This document shows, piece by piece, positions 49,152 through 62,470 of a DNA stretch of 64,000 nucleotides. The notes below the pieces were generated by a model. It was not told the DNA's origin. It was given only the letters and a program-made list of their open reading frames with translations, and searched no databases. The translations under genes were made by a program, and so were the position numbers. The DNA comes from Planctomycetota bacterium (GTDB taxonomy: Bacteria; Planctomycetota; MHYJ01; WSZJ01), in contig JBBTCT010000024.1 in the NCBI GenBank assembly GCA_038060895.1, positions 160,001 to 224,000 of the forward strand. The letters are read 5' to 3'. How positions within the stretch are numbered: the stretch's first letter is position 1; each line of letters starts with the position of its first letter.

Positions 49152-50354
49152 GTGATGTCACGAACCTTTGGCGCGGTGTTCTTGCTGGCCTGCGCGCTTC
49201 CGTCTTTCGCTGACAACCTCGCCACAGAGTGGATGGACCGTGTCACGCACGAGGTCCAGCAGCAGGAAGGGCCGCTCTCGACGCGCCCGGTAGACTTCCA
49301 CCTCTACGGCGGCGTGTACGGCTACTACACCGACAACCTCTTCCTCGCGAACAACCGGGACGCCGACGGCGACTCTGCCGTCATCGGCCTGGCCCGCGCG
49401 CGCATCGACTACGTCGATTCCCAGCTCGAAATCTCCGCCGACGCCATGGTCAATTTCGACTACTACATGGAGCACCACGAGGGACGCGAGGACGAAGAGC
49501 GCTTCTTCGGCAAGATCCGCTGGACCGACGGCGTCGTCGACCTGCAGCTCGTCGAAATCGCCCGGCGCGAAAGCGACCCGATCGACGCCGTCTTCGCCGA
49601 CCGCGTCCGCCGCGTCGTCACCGATACCTTTCCCCGCGCCGGCGTCCGCTTCGCCGAACTGTTCAAGCTGGAAGCGTTCGCGCAGATCGAGACGGTCTGG
49701 TTCGAGCACGACGACTTCGACGGGCGCGAGAACGAAAGCGTCCGCGGAGGCGTGGCGTTCCTCGGCGACATCACGCCGACGATCGCCATCGGCGCCGAGG
49801 CCGGCCTCTACGGCATCCACTATCGCGACGAGGACACGACCAATTCGGCGGAGGGAGCATTCGTGCGCGCCCTCATGCGCGGCGAGCCTCTGTCGAAGCT
49901 GCTCATCGAGGTCGCGGCGGGCTGGGGCGGGATCCGGTCGGACGATCCGGACGACCCGGATGACCGGAAGCGCACCCGGTCGACCTTCGACGCCGAGCTG
50001 CACGTCCGCTGGGAAGCGACATCGACGATCACGATCTTCTTCGACTACACCCGCCGGTACGGCTTCGCGGGGTTCGGCGACCCGTACCAGCACATCGACC
50101 GCGGCGTTGTGATCGCGGAGTGGCAGGTCTTTGAGAAGCTGAAACTGCGGGGGCGCGGGCAGTACGATTACGTCCACCCGTCGCAGTCGCAGGCGCGGAC
50201 GTTCTGGGCCGGGACGCTCAGCGCCTCGTTCCAGGTTTTCGAAAACATGACCGTCGAGGGCGGCGTGATCTATAGGGGCGGGAACCAGCGGGGCGTTTCC
50301 GGCGACAACTACGACAACTGGATTTTCTATCTGGGCGTCGTGTTTGGTTTCTAG
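49152..50354 (+). CDS. Outer-membrane beta-barrel protein (polysaccharide export associated)
   Basis: Signal peptide, alternating beta-strand pattern, C-terminal Phe (YLGVVFGF), near wza. Confidence 0.8.
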   Translation: MMSRTFGAVFLLACALPSFADNLATEWMDRVTHEVQQQEGPLSTRPVDFHLYGGVYGYYTDNLFLANNRDADGDSAVIGLARARIDYVDSQLEISADAMVNFDYYMEHHEGREDEERFFGKIRWTDGVVDLQLVEIARRESDPIDAVFADRVRRVVTDTFPRAGVRFAELFKLEAFAQIETVWFEHDDFDGRENESVRGGVAFLGDITPTIAIGAEAGLYGIHYRDEDTTNSAEGAFVRALMRGEPLSKLLIEVAAGWGGIRSDDPDDPDDRKRTRSTFDAELHVRWEATSTITIFFDYTRRYGFAGFGDPYQHIDRGVVIAEWQVFEKLKLRGRGQYDYVHPSQSQARTFWAGTLSASFQVFENMTVEGGVIYRGGNQRGVSGDNYDNWIFYLGVVFGF

Positions 50355-50415
50355 GTCGGGCGCCCAGCGCAGGAATCCTGTGCCTTCTCCGTTGCAGCGA
50401 TCCGCGCCCGGTCGT

Positions 50416-50583
50416 TAAGTAGCTCCACGTTGATTCTGTGCCATGCATCCGCGCGCCTTTCGCCGTCCCGCTTCGTTGTCGATCCTCACTGGAGCTCCGT
50501 TCCGCTCCAGTTCCGGTCTCCGCCTTGCGGGCCGGCGAAATTCGCGGCGGCTGCATGGCACAGAATCAACGTGGAGCTGCTTA
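50416..50583. mobile_element. MITE-like element, 168 bp with 37-bp terminal inverted repeats
   Basis: 50416-50452 versus the reverse complement of 50547-50583 match at 35/37; TA at both ends; no coding capacity. Confidence 0.7.
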
Positions 50584-51579
50584 GAACAATTTCCGCTCCG
50601 GCACCCACACCACGTCCCCCGGTTCCAGCACGACGTCCGCTTCCAGCTTCCCGCCCACCACGTCGTCCAGATCCACCGGCAGGCGCTTCGACGCCCCCTC
50701 CGGCGTCTGCCTCAACACCTGGATCCCCGACGTTGACGCAAACTTCGTGTAACTCCCCGCCCGGCTGATCGCCATCGACGCCGTCATCCGCGTGTCCGCC
50801 GGAATCTCGAACCACCCCGGCTCCTTCACCGCCCCCAGCACGTACACCACCCGCGCCGCCGACGGAATCATCACCAGGTCGTCCGGCTGAAGCTCAATGT
50901 CCGCTTCCCCGTTCCCCTTCGCAATCGCCTGCTCCACCTGCACCAGCGACAACTGCACCACCTCCCGCGCCCCTTTCGGCCCCCGCCTCACGATCTGCAC
51001 GTACTCCTTGTACGCCTTGTCCGTGATCCCGCCCGCCACCGAAATCAGCTGCAGCAGCGTGATCCGCTCCGACGGCGGCAACACATACCCGTCGGGCTTC
51101 TGCACGCCCCCCAGGATGAACACCTTCCGCGGCGCGAATTCCACCACCGTCACCGTCACCTGCGGATTGTGCAGATAATCCTTCGCCAGCCGCTCCCGGA
51201 TCCCCGCTTCCAGCGTGTTCGGCGACAAACCCGCCGCGTCCACCTGCCCGATCAGCGGAAACGAAAACGACCCGCTCTCCGGCAGCCTCACCGACACCTT
51301 CAGGTCCGGCTCGTTGTACACCGTGATGTCCAGCCGGTCCCCCGCCATCAGCACGGGATCCCGCGGCGCCACCAGCCGCCCGGCCGGAAGCGGTGCGTTG
51401 CTGAACGGGTGGACGGCCGGCGGTGGAAGCGTCGGCGGCGGACCGACGCCGCTGTCGCCCGTGCCGTTGCCCGTCGCGCCGTTGTTCGCCGGGGGCTTGT
51501 CGCCGTCAGACGTGCACGCGGCGAAGAAGAGGCCCATGAGAAGAAGTGCGGCGAGGATGGCGCCCTTCGATGACATCAT
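50581..51579 (-). CDS. wza: Polysaccharide export lipoprotein (Wza/OPX, SLBB domains)
   Basis: Lipobox FAAC, GDRLDITV, FPLIG, NPQVTV, G.V.KPG, PGDVVWVP. Confidence 0.9.
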   Translation of the reverse strand: MMSSKGAILAALLLMGLFFAACTSDGDKPPANNGATGNGTGDSGVGPPPTLPPPAVHPFSNAPLPAGRLVAPRDPVLMAGDRLDITVYNEPDLKVSVRLPESGSFSFPLIGQVDAAGLSPNTLEAGIRERLAKDYLHNPQVTVTVVEFAPRKVFILGGVQKPDGYVLPPSERITLLQLISVAGGITDKAYKEYVQIVRRGPKGAREVVQLSLVQVEQAIAKGNGEADIELQPDDLVMIPSAARVVYVLGAVKEPGWFEIPADTRMTASMAISRAGSYTKFASTSGIQVLRQTPEGASKRLPVDLDDVVGGKLEADVVLEPGDVVWVPERKLF

Positions 51580-51644
51580 CGTTCGTCTCCCTGGTTGTGC
51601 GAACCCCAAGGTTACACCAAAACCGCCCCGCAGCCGGCGACGGT

Positions 51645-53291
51645 CTACTTCGCCTCCACCTTCGCCTTCAGCCTCCCGGCCAGGCACGTATCCGCGTACT
51701 TCCTGAGAAGCGCTTCCCACGCCGCCTTCGCCGCCTCCGGCTCCAGCTTCTGCGCTTCCAGCTTCGCGATGTCCTTCTCCCCGATCACGACGCTCTTGAA
51801 CGACGCGTCCTTCTCCCATTTCGCGGCCGTTTCGAGCGTGTCCGCGCCGGGGACGTTCTTGAACACCACCACCCAGCGCTTCAGCCGGTCCATCGCGTCC
51901 TTCGGATACCCCGCGTCCCGCCGCGCCTCAAACCGGTTCATCACCACGAGGATCAGCTCCTTGATCTGCGCCACCACCCGGACGCTCACCGGGTCCGCCG
52001 CCTTCGACGCTTCGAGGTACGCCTTCCCGTACTCCTCCAGCGCCAGCAGCTCGCCGAGTTTCCCCGGCGCATGGATCCGCGCAAGCGGCGCCGAGGCCGT
52101 GACGCGCTCAGTCAGCCAGATCGCCGGATCGTGCCAGTCCTCCAGCCCGTCGCTCACCGGCTTGTACCCGTAGTTGTGATTCACCACGAACGCGCCCGGG
52201 TAGAGGCCGAAGTGCAGGTGCGCGAAGTGTCCGCCGTTCTCGATCGAGTAGCTCAGCCCCATCGTCGTGAGTAATTGTCCGGATGACACTTTGTCCCCCA
52301 CCTTCACGAACACCGTGTCCCCTCCGTGCATGTACACCGCGCACTCGACGCCGTCCCCCGCGTTGTGCTCCACCACGATCAGCGTCCCCATGTCGCTTCC
52401 CGTGTGCACGAACTTCACGATCCCCTCGGCAATCGCGTAGTACCCCGCGCCGTCGAGGCAGCACCCGACGTCCTGCCCCGTGTGGTAGACCGTCCCGTTC
52501 TGGCGGAGGTTCGCGAACGGCTGCAGGGACCCGTTGACCTCCTCTTTCCCCCACGCGCACAGCGGAAACGCCCACTTCGACGCCACCGGATACGCCGCCG
52601 CGTTCGCTCCCCCCATCCGCGGATTTGGCTTCGCCACATACTCAGGCGCGACAGCCCGCACCTTGTCCATCCCGTCCAGGAACGGCGTCACGATCAGCCC
52701 GTCGTCGAGCTTCCGCGTGAACTCCGGCGCCACCTTTTCCGGCACCAGCTTCCCCGCGATCCGCTTCGCCAGCGCCTCCATCGCCCCCCGCACCTGCTCG
52801 TCGTCCTCCTTCGAAATCAGCGCCGCCAGCGCTTCCGCCGGCTTCCCCCCCGCCACCTGCTTCGGCGCCGTCGCATCCCAGGTCTTTAGACAGTAAATCG
52901 CCGCCTTCTCCCGCAGCCGCGCTTCTCCGTGCCCCAGCCACGGCCACGCATCCCGGATCGCCGAAGCGTCGCCGTAGTACTCGAGCACATGGAGCGCCCG
53001 ATGGTTCAGCTGCCAGTCCGGGCTGCGCAGCAGCAGGAGGAACAGCGGCTTCAGCTCCGGGTTGCGGAAGCGCTTGAGCGCTTCGATCAGGAGAGGCGCC
53101 CTGTTTTCGGCGTAGGCCTTGATCAGCGCGGTCCGGTCTGCGGGCGCGGCCTTCACGATTTCCGCCAGCTCCGCGCGCGCGCCGTCGACCAGCGGCTCCC
53201 CCGCGCCCGTGTTGACGTCGGTGCCCCAGCCGCCGGCGAAGCAGGGGGTGGCGCAGAACGTGAAGGCGATGGCCAGCTGACGAAGCTTCAT
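51645..53291 (-). CDS. M23 family metallopeptidase with HEAT-like N-terminus
   Basis: Signal peptide; HTGQD (HxxxD) and HLH (HxH) zinc motifs. Confidence 0.82.
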   Translation of the reverse strand: MKLRQLAIAFTFCATPCFAGGWGTDVNTGAGEPLVDGARAELAEIVKAAPADRTALIKAYAENRAPLLIEALKRFRNPELKPLFLLLLRSPDWQLNHRALHVLEYYGDASAIRDAWPWLGHGEARLREKAAIYCLKTWDATAPKQVAGGKPAEALAALISKEDDEQVRGAMEALAKRIAGKLVPEKVAPEFTRKLDDGLIVTPFLDGMDKVRAVAPEYVAKPNPRMGGANAAAYPVASKWAFPLCAWGKEEVNGSLQPFANLRQNGTVYHTGQDVGCCLDGAGYYAIAEGIVKFVHTGSDMGTLIVVEHNAGDGVECAVYMHGGDTVFVKVGDKVSSGQLLTTMGLSYSIENGGHFAHLHFGLYPGAFVVNHNYGYKPVSDGLEDWHDPAIWLTERVTASAPLARIHAPGKLGELLALEEYGKAYLEASKAADPVSVRVVAQIKELILVVMNRFEARRDAGYPKDAMDRLKRWVVVFKNVPGADTLETAAKWEKDASFKSVVIGEKDIAKLEAQKLEPEAAKAAWEALLRKYADTCLAGRLKAKVEAK

Positions 53292-53319
53292 GCGAAAAAC
53301 TCCGTTGTTTTCTTTTCCG

Positions 53320-54075
53320 TCAATCCCACCAGAAAAACCAGCAGTGACTGCCGAGAATTCCGTGAGCCATCTTCTCGATGGTGCCGTAGCCCTGGTCCAC
53401 GGAGTCGAGGCAGTAAGTGAACATCTCCTTCGCGAGCGAGAGCGCGTCCTTTTTCGTCTCCGGTGGCCGCTCGCAGTACAGCTCGATGAAGTCGCCCCCG
53501 TCCGAAACGAGCGCCGCGCCGAAGCGGTCGTGCCACGACTTCAGCATGCAGACCTGCGCCTCAGGGTCTGGCGCGTCGTTCCACCCACCCCAATAATGGT
53601 ACGCCATCGCTTCCCAGGACTCCGTGACCGGCAACAACTGCACACACACGTTTTTCAGATCCTGGATGCTCGCGACGTGGATGCTCTTGTTCGAGAACTC
53701 CGTCTGCGGACTCTTCCCTGACGGCCAGGGACCGTGATAGGCCGGATCCCGAAGTGTCTCTTCCCGGTCTTCTTCGCTCGCGCGCTCTGCGAGCCATGCC
53801 GCTGCCTTGAGGCGCAGTCCTCGGCGCAGCACCGCGGAATACGGGTTCTTTCGATAGATTTCCTGCATGCTCCCGTCCTCGTCGTATCGGGACTTCGCCC
53901 CGAGCAACGGGTAGAAGCCCAGGGCGTGCCGACCTTTCCAGAGTGCCATCCAGGTGTCTGCGTGAGTCTTGGCGAGAATTTCAAACTCCCATGCATCGTC
54001 GCCGCCGGCGCGCTTGATCCGCTTCAGCGGTGGCAACTTCGGGAGGATTTTCCTGAGTTTCTCTTCGAGACCCAT
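53320..54075 (-). CDS. DUF4253 domain protein
   Basis: WGGWN..P, W..RFGA, YCLD.V.Q, C-terminal WFFWWD; start MGLEEK with GGGAG RBS. Confidence 0.85.
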   Translation of the reverse strand: MGLEEKLRKILPKLPPLKRIKRAGGDDAWEFEILAKTHADTWMALWKGRHALGFYPLLGAKSRYDEDGSMQEIYRKNPYSAVLRRGLRLKAAAWLAERASEEDREETLRDPAYHGPWPSGKSPQTEFSNKSIHVASIQDLKNVCVQLLPVTESWEAMAYHYWGGWNDAPDPEAQVCMLKSWHDRFGAALVSDGGDFIELYCERPPETKKDALSLAKEMFTYCLDSVDQGYGTIEKMAHGILGSHCWFFWWD

Positions 54076-54267
54076 CGGTTGCTCCCCATTTCCCGGCCTT
54101 TGTTCTACGCGCTGCGATGCCCCGCCTCCGACCTGCCGCAGGTAGAGTATCAACCGCCTCATCGGAGGAAGAAGCACTGACTCGGGCGGGACTCACCTCC
54201 TCGCCCTCACGTGCAATAAGTACGGCACGATCTGGGCGTCCTGCACTTCCGGATGGCGCCCTCGCCA

Positions 54268-54294
54268 AGAAAATCGGCCACCCGAAGGTGGCCG
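54268..54294 (-). terminator. Rho-independent terminator downstream of clpX
   Basis: CGGCCACC-UUCG-GGUGGCCG followed by AUUUUCU. Confidence 0.7.
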
Positions 54295-54342
54295 TAATAG
54301 TTTTTCTGCCCGCGGGCCCGCTCGCCCGCCTGCCCGCTGCCC

Positions 54343-55716
<1,374 letters not shown>

Positions 55717-55780
55717 CGTTCCTCCAGGAAAGCCCGGCTCGTTTATCCAGTTGGGCGTTGCGTCTGACTCCGGTCGTTCG

Positions 55781-56398
55781 CTACCCCTTCTTCTCCGGCG
55801 TCCTCATCGTCTCCACCACCTCGTCCACGAGCCCGTACGCCTTCGCCTCGGCGGCGCTCATGAAGAAGTCGCGGTCCCCGTCTTTCTGCACCTTCTCAAC
55901 CGTCTGCCCCGAATGCTTCGCAAGGATCTCATTCAGGCGCTTCTTCATCCGGATGATCTCTTCCGCCTGGATCATGATATCCGTCGCCTGCCCCTGCGCT
56001 CCACCCCACGGCTGGTGAATCATGATGCGGCTGTTCGGAAGCGCGTGCCGCTTCCCTTTCGTCCCCGCCGCCAGCAGCACCGAGCCCATCGACGCCGCCT
56101 GCCCGATGCAGTACGTCGCGACGTCGCACTGCACGAACTGCATCGTGTCGTAGATCGCCAGCCCCGCCGTGACGCTTCCCCCCGGCGAGTTGATGTACAT
56201 GTGGATGTCCTGGTTCTTGTTTTCCATCTGCAGGAACAGCAGCTGCGCGATGATCAGGCTCGACACGTAGTCGTCGATCGGCACGCCCACGAACACGATC
56301 CTGTCCTTGAGCAGCCGGCTCCAGATGTCGTAGGCGCGCTCGCCGCGCCCCGTCTTCTCAATGACAACCGGCGTCAACATCGCATGATTCGTATTCAT
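55781..56398 (-). CDS. clpP: Clp protease proteolytic subunit
   Basis: YINSPGG, AASMG, MIHQP. Confidence 0.98.
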   Translation of the reverse strand: MNTNHAMLTPVVIEKTGRGERAYDIWSRLLKDRIVFVGVPIDDYVSSLIIAQLLFLQMENKNQDIHMYINSPGGSVTAGLAIYDTMQFVQCDVATYCIGQAASMGSVLLAAGTKGKRHALPNSRIMIHQPWGGAQGQATDIMIQAEEIIRMKKRLNEILAKHSGQTVEKVQKDGDRDFFMSAAEAKAYGLVDEVVETMRTPEKKG

Positions 56399-57687
56399 CA
56401 GTTCGTCTCCGTAATTTTCGCCTTCTCCCTCAGAAACCGGCGGATCTTCTCTTCGCGCAACGTGCTCCGGAGCTCGCTCATCTGCCCGCGCTCCTCCAGC
56501 TCGCCGCGAACTTCACCCGGGTTACGCCTGTACGCCATCGCCATCTGGTCAATCCGGGACTCGACCTCGTCCTCCGTCACGAAGATCCGTTCCTTCTGCC
56601 CGATCGCCTCCAGGAGAAAGTGAGAACGGAGCGTCTTCTCCAGCTCCCCCCGGGAGCCGTCGCGTTCCTTCTCCACTATCTTCCCGGCTTCTTCGGCAGA
56701 AACGCCGCGCAACTGGAGGTCCAGCTTCGCGCGCTCCTCGGAACGCTCCGCAAATTTGCGAAGGAGCGCCTCGGGAAGCGGGATCTCGTGCTTCTTCAAA
56801 AGGTCGTCCAGGATCTCGCTTTCGACGCCGCGAAGCGCCGCCGCGTCCTTCTCCGTCGCCAGCCGGCGCTTCAGCTCGACTTTCACGGCGTCCAGCGACT
56901 CGTAGTCGAGCGACTTCGCCCATTCCTCGTTGATCACCGGCTTGTTCAGGTGCTTCACTTCCTTAACAACAGCCGAGAACGTCACTTTCTTCCCTTTGAG
57001 CTTTTCGTCCTGGTGATCCGCCGGCATTTCAACGACCGCCGTGCGCGAGTCGCCGGATTTCGCCCCGAGGAGCGCCTTGTAGACCTGCGGCGCGGGCTGG
57101 TGCGCGACCTCGATGTCCTTCGCGACGACGACGCGCATGTTCTCTTCGGACAGGAGCTGCGTTTCGCCGTCCTTAAGCGTCAGGTCCGCGATCACCATGT
57201 CGTCGTCGGCAACGACCTCCGCGGGCACCCATTCCGCCCGCGTCTCCGCGAGCCGCTCGAGCGCCTTGGTGAGATCCTCGTCCGTGACTTCGGTCTTCTT
57301 TTTCGACACCGCGACGCCAAGATAGTCCTTCGGCTTGATCTCCGGCTTCGTCTCGACCGTCAGCTCGAAATTCAGCGGCTTGTCGAGCGCGAATTCGATC
57401 TTCTCAGGATCCATGTCCGGGTCGCCGACCGCCTGGATTTTCTTCTCCTCCAGCGTCTTGGCGATCGACTTCTCGATGAGGTCGACCTTGGCGTCGGCCT
57501 CGACCGATTTGCCGAAGCGCTTTTCGAGAATCGGCCGCGGAACATGTCCCTTGCGGAAGCCGGGGAGCGAGACGTTCTGGCGGACTTCGTTGTACTTCTC
57601 TTCGACCTTGTCGCGGATCTCGTCGGTCGGGATCTCGACCTTGATCTTGATCTTGCAGGGGCCGAGGTTTTCGATTTCGGACTTCAT
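56398..57687 (-). CDS. tig: Trigger factor
   Basis: PGFRKGHVP signature; tig-clpP-clpX order; start at MKSEIE. Confidence 0.95.
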   Translation of the reverse strand: MKSEIENLGPCKIKIKVEIPTDEIRDKVEEKYNEVRQNVSLPGFRKGHVPRPILEKRFGKSVEADAKVDLIEKSIAKTLEEKKIQAVGDPDMDPEKIEFALDKPLNFELTVETKPEIKPKDYLGVAVSKKKTEVTDEDLTKALERLAETRAEWVPAEVVADDDMVIADLTLKDGETQLLSEENMRVVVAKDIEVAHQPAPQVYKALLGAKSGDSRTAVVEMPADHQDEKLKGKKVTFSAVVKEVKHLNKPVINEEWAKSLDYESLDAVKVELKRRLATEKDAAALRGVESEILDDLLKKHEIPLPEALLRKFAERSEERAKLDLQLRGVSAEEAGKIVEKERDGSRGELEKTLRSHFLLEAIGQKERIFVTEDEVESRIDQMAMAYRRNPGEVRGELEERGQMSELRSTLREEKIRRFLREKAKITETN

Positions 57688-57844
57688 GGGACTCCTGGTG
57701 AGTTGAAGCGGCGCGGACCGCAAATCGCGTTGACCTAAACCATTGCGCTTCAAGGGGTTGCGACAGCCGCAAGTCCTTCTGGCGCGGGACTGCGTAGGGT
57801 AGGAGCGGAGGGGGGTGATGTCAAGGAACAGTCCTGAGTGTCCT

Positions 57845-57968
57845 GCCTTATCCGCGGCTGTTTCCGCGACATCAGCCTTTATCAGCGTATTCCTTAGCCG
57901 TTTTTCAGAAGGACAAAAGGAATACGCGGATAACGGCCGGATGCCGCGGAAACAGCCGCGGATAAGGC
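57845..57968. repeat. Imperfect ~51-bp inverted repeat (REP/MITE-like)
   Basis: 57845-57895 pairs with 57917-57968; first 24 bp perfect. Confidence 0.8.
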
Positions 57969-58022
57969 CATGCCCATCCTCGCTTCCTTCCCTCTCCTTA
58001 TCCGCCCCCTACAATGCCCTCC

Positions 58023-58382
58023 ATGCTCCTCACCCGCGAATTCACCTTTGAAGCCGCCCATCACCTCACCAAGCTCCCAACCGGCCCCGAGCCCGCCCAC
58101 GGCCACACCTGGCGGCTCAACGTCACGCTTGAAGGCCCCGTCCAATCCGACGGCATGGTCTTCGACTTCGTGAAACTCGGCGAAGTCGTCTCGAAGAAAG
58201 TGCTCAAGCACCTCGACCACGCCGACCTCAACCGCGTCATCCCGAATCCGTCGGCCGAACGCGTCGCGCTCTGGGTCTGGAAGCAGCTGAGAGGGCTGCC
58301 GCTTCTCAGCGAAGTCCAGGTCTGGGAATGCCAGGGCTGCTCCGTCACCTACCGCGGCGGCGGCGAAAAGGAAACGGTATGA
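58023..58382 (+). CDS. queD: 6-carboxytetrahydropterin synthase
   Basis: FEAAH, HGH, GMVFDF, LDH, NPSAE, VWE. Confidence 0.88.
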   Translation: MLLTREFTFEAAHHLTKLPTGPEPAHGHTWRLNVTLEGPVQSDGMVFDFVKLGEVVSKKVLKHLDHADLNRVIPNPSAERVALWVWKQLRGLPLLSEVQVWECQGCSVTYRGGGEKETV

Positions 58383-58546
58383 ACGACCCGCAGAAACCGC
58401 CCGCGTCCTCTCCCCGCGAGGAACTCGCGCCCGAGAAGTGCGAGATCGACCATTCGATCTGCGTCCAGTGCGGCACCGAAATGAACCTGATCAAGACCAA
58501 GTGGATCTGCCCGAAGTGCAAGTGGATCATCGGGTGCTGTGATTAG
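58379..58546 (+). CDS. Small zinc-ribbon protein (55 aa)
   Basis: CVQCG..CPKC..CCD; ATGA overlap with queD. Confidence 0.72.
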   Translation: MNDPQKPPASSPREELAPEKCEIDHSICVQCGTEMNLIKTKWICPKCKWIIGCCD

Positions 58547-58572
58547 TCTTCACCCATGAGATTCCTCGCCAG

Positions 58573-58974
58573 CTAGCGGTTGCGGCGCAGCACCGGCTTC
58601 GGCACCGACTCCGCCTGCGGCACCGGCCGCGGCACGCCGAGGATCGCGCGAAGAATGTCCACCGTGATCTTGCCGTCCTTCACACCGTCGGCGGCATCGA
58701 CCGCATCGATCTTCGCAAGCACTTCGGCCATCGTGACGAGTCCCTTGTCGGCGAGCGTTCGAATCGTCGCAGCGACGATCAGCGAGAGAAACCCGAGTTC
58801 GGCGTCAACCCGGGCCGCGTCCTGCTTCGCCTTCGAACCGTGGTCCGCGATGCGGGCGCTCTGGCTGGTCAGAATCGCGGTCAGGTTCCGGATCCGGTCG
58901 GCCTGCACGTAATCGTTCGTGCTGGTCATCGCGTCGAGCAGGCCCGAGACGAGCGTGTTCTGGCGGCGGAGCAT
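58573..58974 (-). CDS. Hypothetical protein
   Basis: GGAGG RBS; L..KGLVT..E..D..DG..DG motif. Confidence 0.7.
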   Translation of the reverse strand: MLRRQNTLVSGLLDAMTSTNDYVQADRIRNLTAILTSQSARIADHGSKAKQDAARVDAELGFLSLIVAATIRTLADKGLVTMAEVLAKIDAVDAADGVKDGKITVDILRAILGVPRPVPQAESVPKPVLRRNR

Positions 58975-59026
58975 CGTGGACCTCCCTGAGACCAATGACC
59001 CTGAACCACCCCAGCAAGACGCCGTA

Positions 59027-59061
59027 CCTACTCCCTACCCCCTACTCAACACTCAACACTC
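59027..59061 (+). repeat. Five degenerate heptamer tandem repeats
   Basis: cctactc cctaccc cctactc aacactc aacactc. Confidence 0.6.
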
Positions 59062-59072
59062 CCAACTGCAGT

Positions 59073-60893
<1,821 letters not shown>

Positions 60894-61084
60894 GGGGCGA
60901 GTCCTGGTGCTTAGGAGTGCGGGCCGTTCGAGGGGCGGGGACTATAGCGGCGGAAGGGAGAGTCCGCAATGGCGGCACGAATACTGCGAGGCGGGCGGAG
61001 TCGGCCCAACTCAGACAGGGCGATCTCAAACCACCACTGGGCCGACGCAGCTTGCCTCGCAGGATTTTTGCCCGGGCTCGGAGG

Positions 61085-61112
61085 TTGACTCGGACCCCGC
61101 GCTTCCTATAAT
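61085..61112 (+). promoter_or_regulatory. Sigma70 promoter of tRNA-Gly
   Basis: TTGACT-N16-TATAAT. Confidence 0.75.
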
Positions 61113-61123
61113 CCCTCCAGTTC

Positions 61124-61196
61124 GCGGGCGTAGCTCAGTTGGTAGAGCACGACGTTGCCAACGTCGTTGTCGCCGGTTCGAGCCCGGTCGCCCGCT
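61124..61196 (+). tRNA. tRNA-Gly(GCC), CCA not encoded
   Basis: Acceptor GCGGGCG/CGCCCGC, D-arm TAGCTCAGTTGGTAGAGC, anticodon arm CGACG-TTGCCAA-CGTCG, T-loop GGTTCGA. Confidence 0.97.
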
Positions 61197-61323
61197 TGAA
61201 GAGGTGGAAGGTAAGAGAAGAGCTCATCGCTCCGAAAAAAAGGGGGCCGCGCGAAATGCTGCGCGGCCCCCCTTTTTTTTCTCCGCTCTTCGCCCTTCTC
61301 TTACCTTCCACCTCTTCAAGCGG
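61192..61323. repeat. 29-bp perfect inverted repeat enclosing a bidirectional terminator
   Basis: 61192-61220 is the reverse complement of 61295-61323; inner A7-GGGGGCCGCGC..GCGCGGCCCCCC-T8. Confidence 0.85.
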
Positions 61324-61359
61324 ACTGACGACACGGACAGTCTGAACTGCGGTCCCCGG

Positions 61360-62166
61360 CTAGGTTGAGCGGCTACGCTTCAGCGCCCGGCGTGATGCGG
61401 CCCACAGACCAAACAGCAGGGGGAATTCCAGGCCCGTCAGGCCGCAGCGCTTTTTGTCGTCGTCGTCGTCATCGTCGCTGCTGCTGGAACTGCCGCCTCC
61501 GCCGGACGGGGGGGGCGGAGGAGGAGGAGGAGGCGGCGGGGGCGGCACGCCTCCTACGCCATCGCCGCCGGGACCGGTCCCGTAGAGGCCGACCATGCCG
61601 GAGATGTCGTCGGGCTGGGGGTCCAGGGTGCCGGTGAAGCTTGGGGCCATGACGGCGCCTGCCACTGCGGTGTGGCCCAGGCCGAGCGCATGGCCCAACT
61701 CGTGGAGATTGATGCCTTCGATCTGGGAAGAGGAGGCCCAGGAAATCGTCCCATTCAGTTCGACGTTTCCCTCGATGATCGTGTTCGAGCCGTCCACCAC
61801 GGAGCCGCCGAGGCCGGCGACGCCCGCGGGAGTCGTCCACGCTTCATTCCAGTAGATGACGTTGAGGCCGTCACCATAGGTGGCGTCGGCTGCCGTCGAT
61901 CCGCCGTACTCGAGATCCAGGTTTCCGCTCGTCGAGTTCTCCCAGTCGAGCAGGTCCGCAAGGATCAGCGTGACCTCGCCGTCCGTGGTCGCCGGGCCGC
62001 CCGGGAAATCCGGCGTCCCCGCGGAATTCATGAGCCAGACCACGTCCCCCGAAGGGCCGGGAATCGCGCCGGCGCCCCATTTTGCCGGTGGCGCCCAGAC
62101 ATACGTGAAGCTGCCGGCGACGGTCGCGGCGGAGAGGAGCAGGCCGAGAGTCAGGAAGCGTTTCAT
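61360..62166 (-). CDS. Matrixin (M10) zinc metalloprotease with C-terminal sorting signal
   Basis: Signal peptide, HELGHALGLGH, Met-turn AVMAP, poly-Pro linker, CGLTGLE-TM-basic tail. Confidence 0.88.
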   Translation of the reverse strand: MKRFLTLGLLLSAATVAGSFTYVWAPPAKWGAGAIPGPSGDVVWLMNSAGTPDFPGGPATTDGEVTLILADLLDWENSTSGNLDLEYGGSTAADATYGDGLNVIYWNEAWTTPAGVAGLGGSVVDGSNTIIEGNVELNGTISWASSSQIEGINLHELGHALGLGHTAVAGAVMAPSFTGTLDPQPDDISGMVGLYGTGPGGDGVGGVPPPPPPPPPPPPPSGGGGSSSSSDDDDDDDKKRCGLTGLEFPLLFGLWAASRRALKRSRST

Positions 62167-62422
62167 GAAGGTTCCTTGAAGTCGGGAAAACGACGACACC
62201 CCGGAGGACAGGCAGCAATCCACGTTCCCCGTTCGACTCAGGGCGTCAGAATAGTGAATTTCTTTAAGCTCTTCAAGCCCGCTTCTAAGCAATTGTACGG
62301 CAGGAGCTTGTGTTCCTGGGGCGCGGCGAGGCCGGGTCCGGGAGGATCGTTGTACGGATTTGCGGTGCCAATAAGCCATACAAAGGGGCCGCATTGCTTA
62401 CAGCTGGCCTCGGAGCGGGACG

Positions 62423-62449
62423 AAAAAAGGCCGGGCTTTTGGCCCGGCC
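62423..62449 (-). terminator. Rho-independent terminator
   Basis: GGCCGGGC-CAAAA-GCCCGGCC-UUUUUU on the minus strand. Confidence 0.75.
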
Positions 62450-62470
62450 TGAAGTCGGTCAAACGAATTG

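Noticed and set aside
62355-62372. Sigma54 promoter upstream of the matrixin (TGGCAC on the minus strand)
   Set aside because: The -12 TTGC element is absent at the required spacing.
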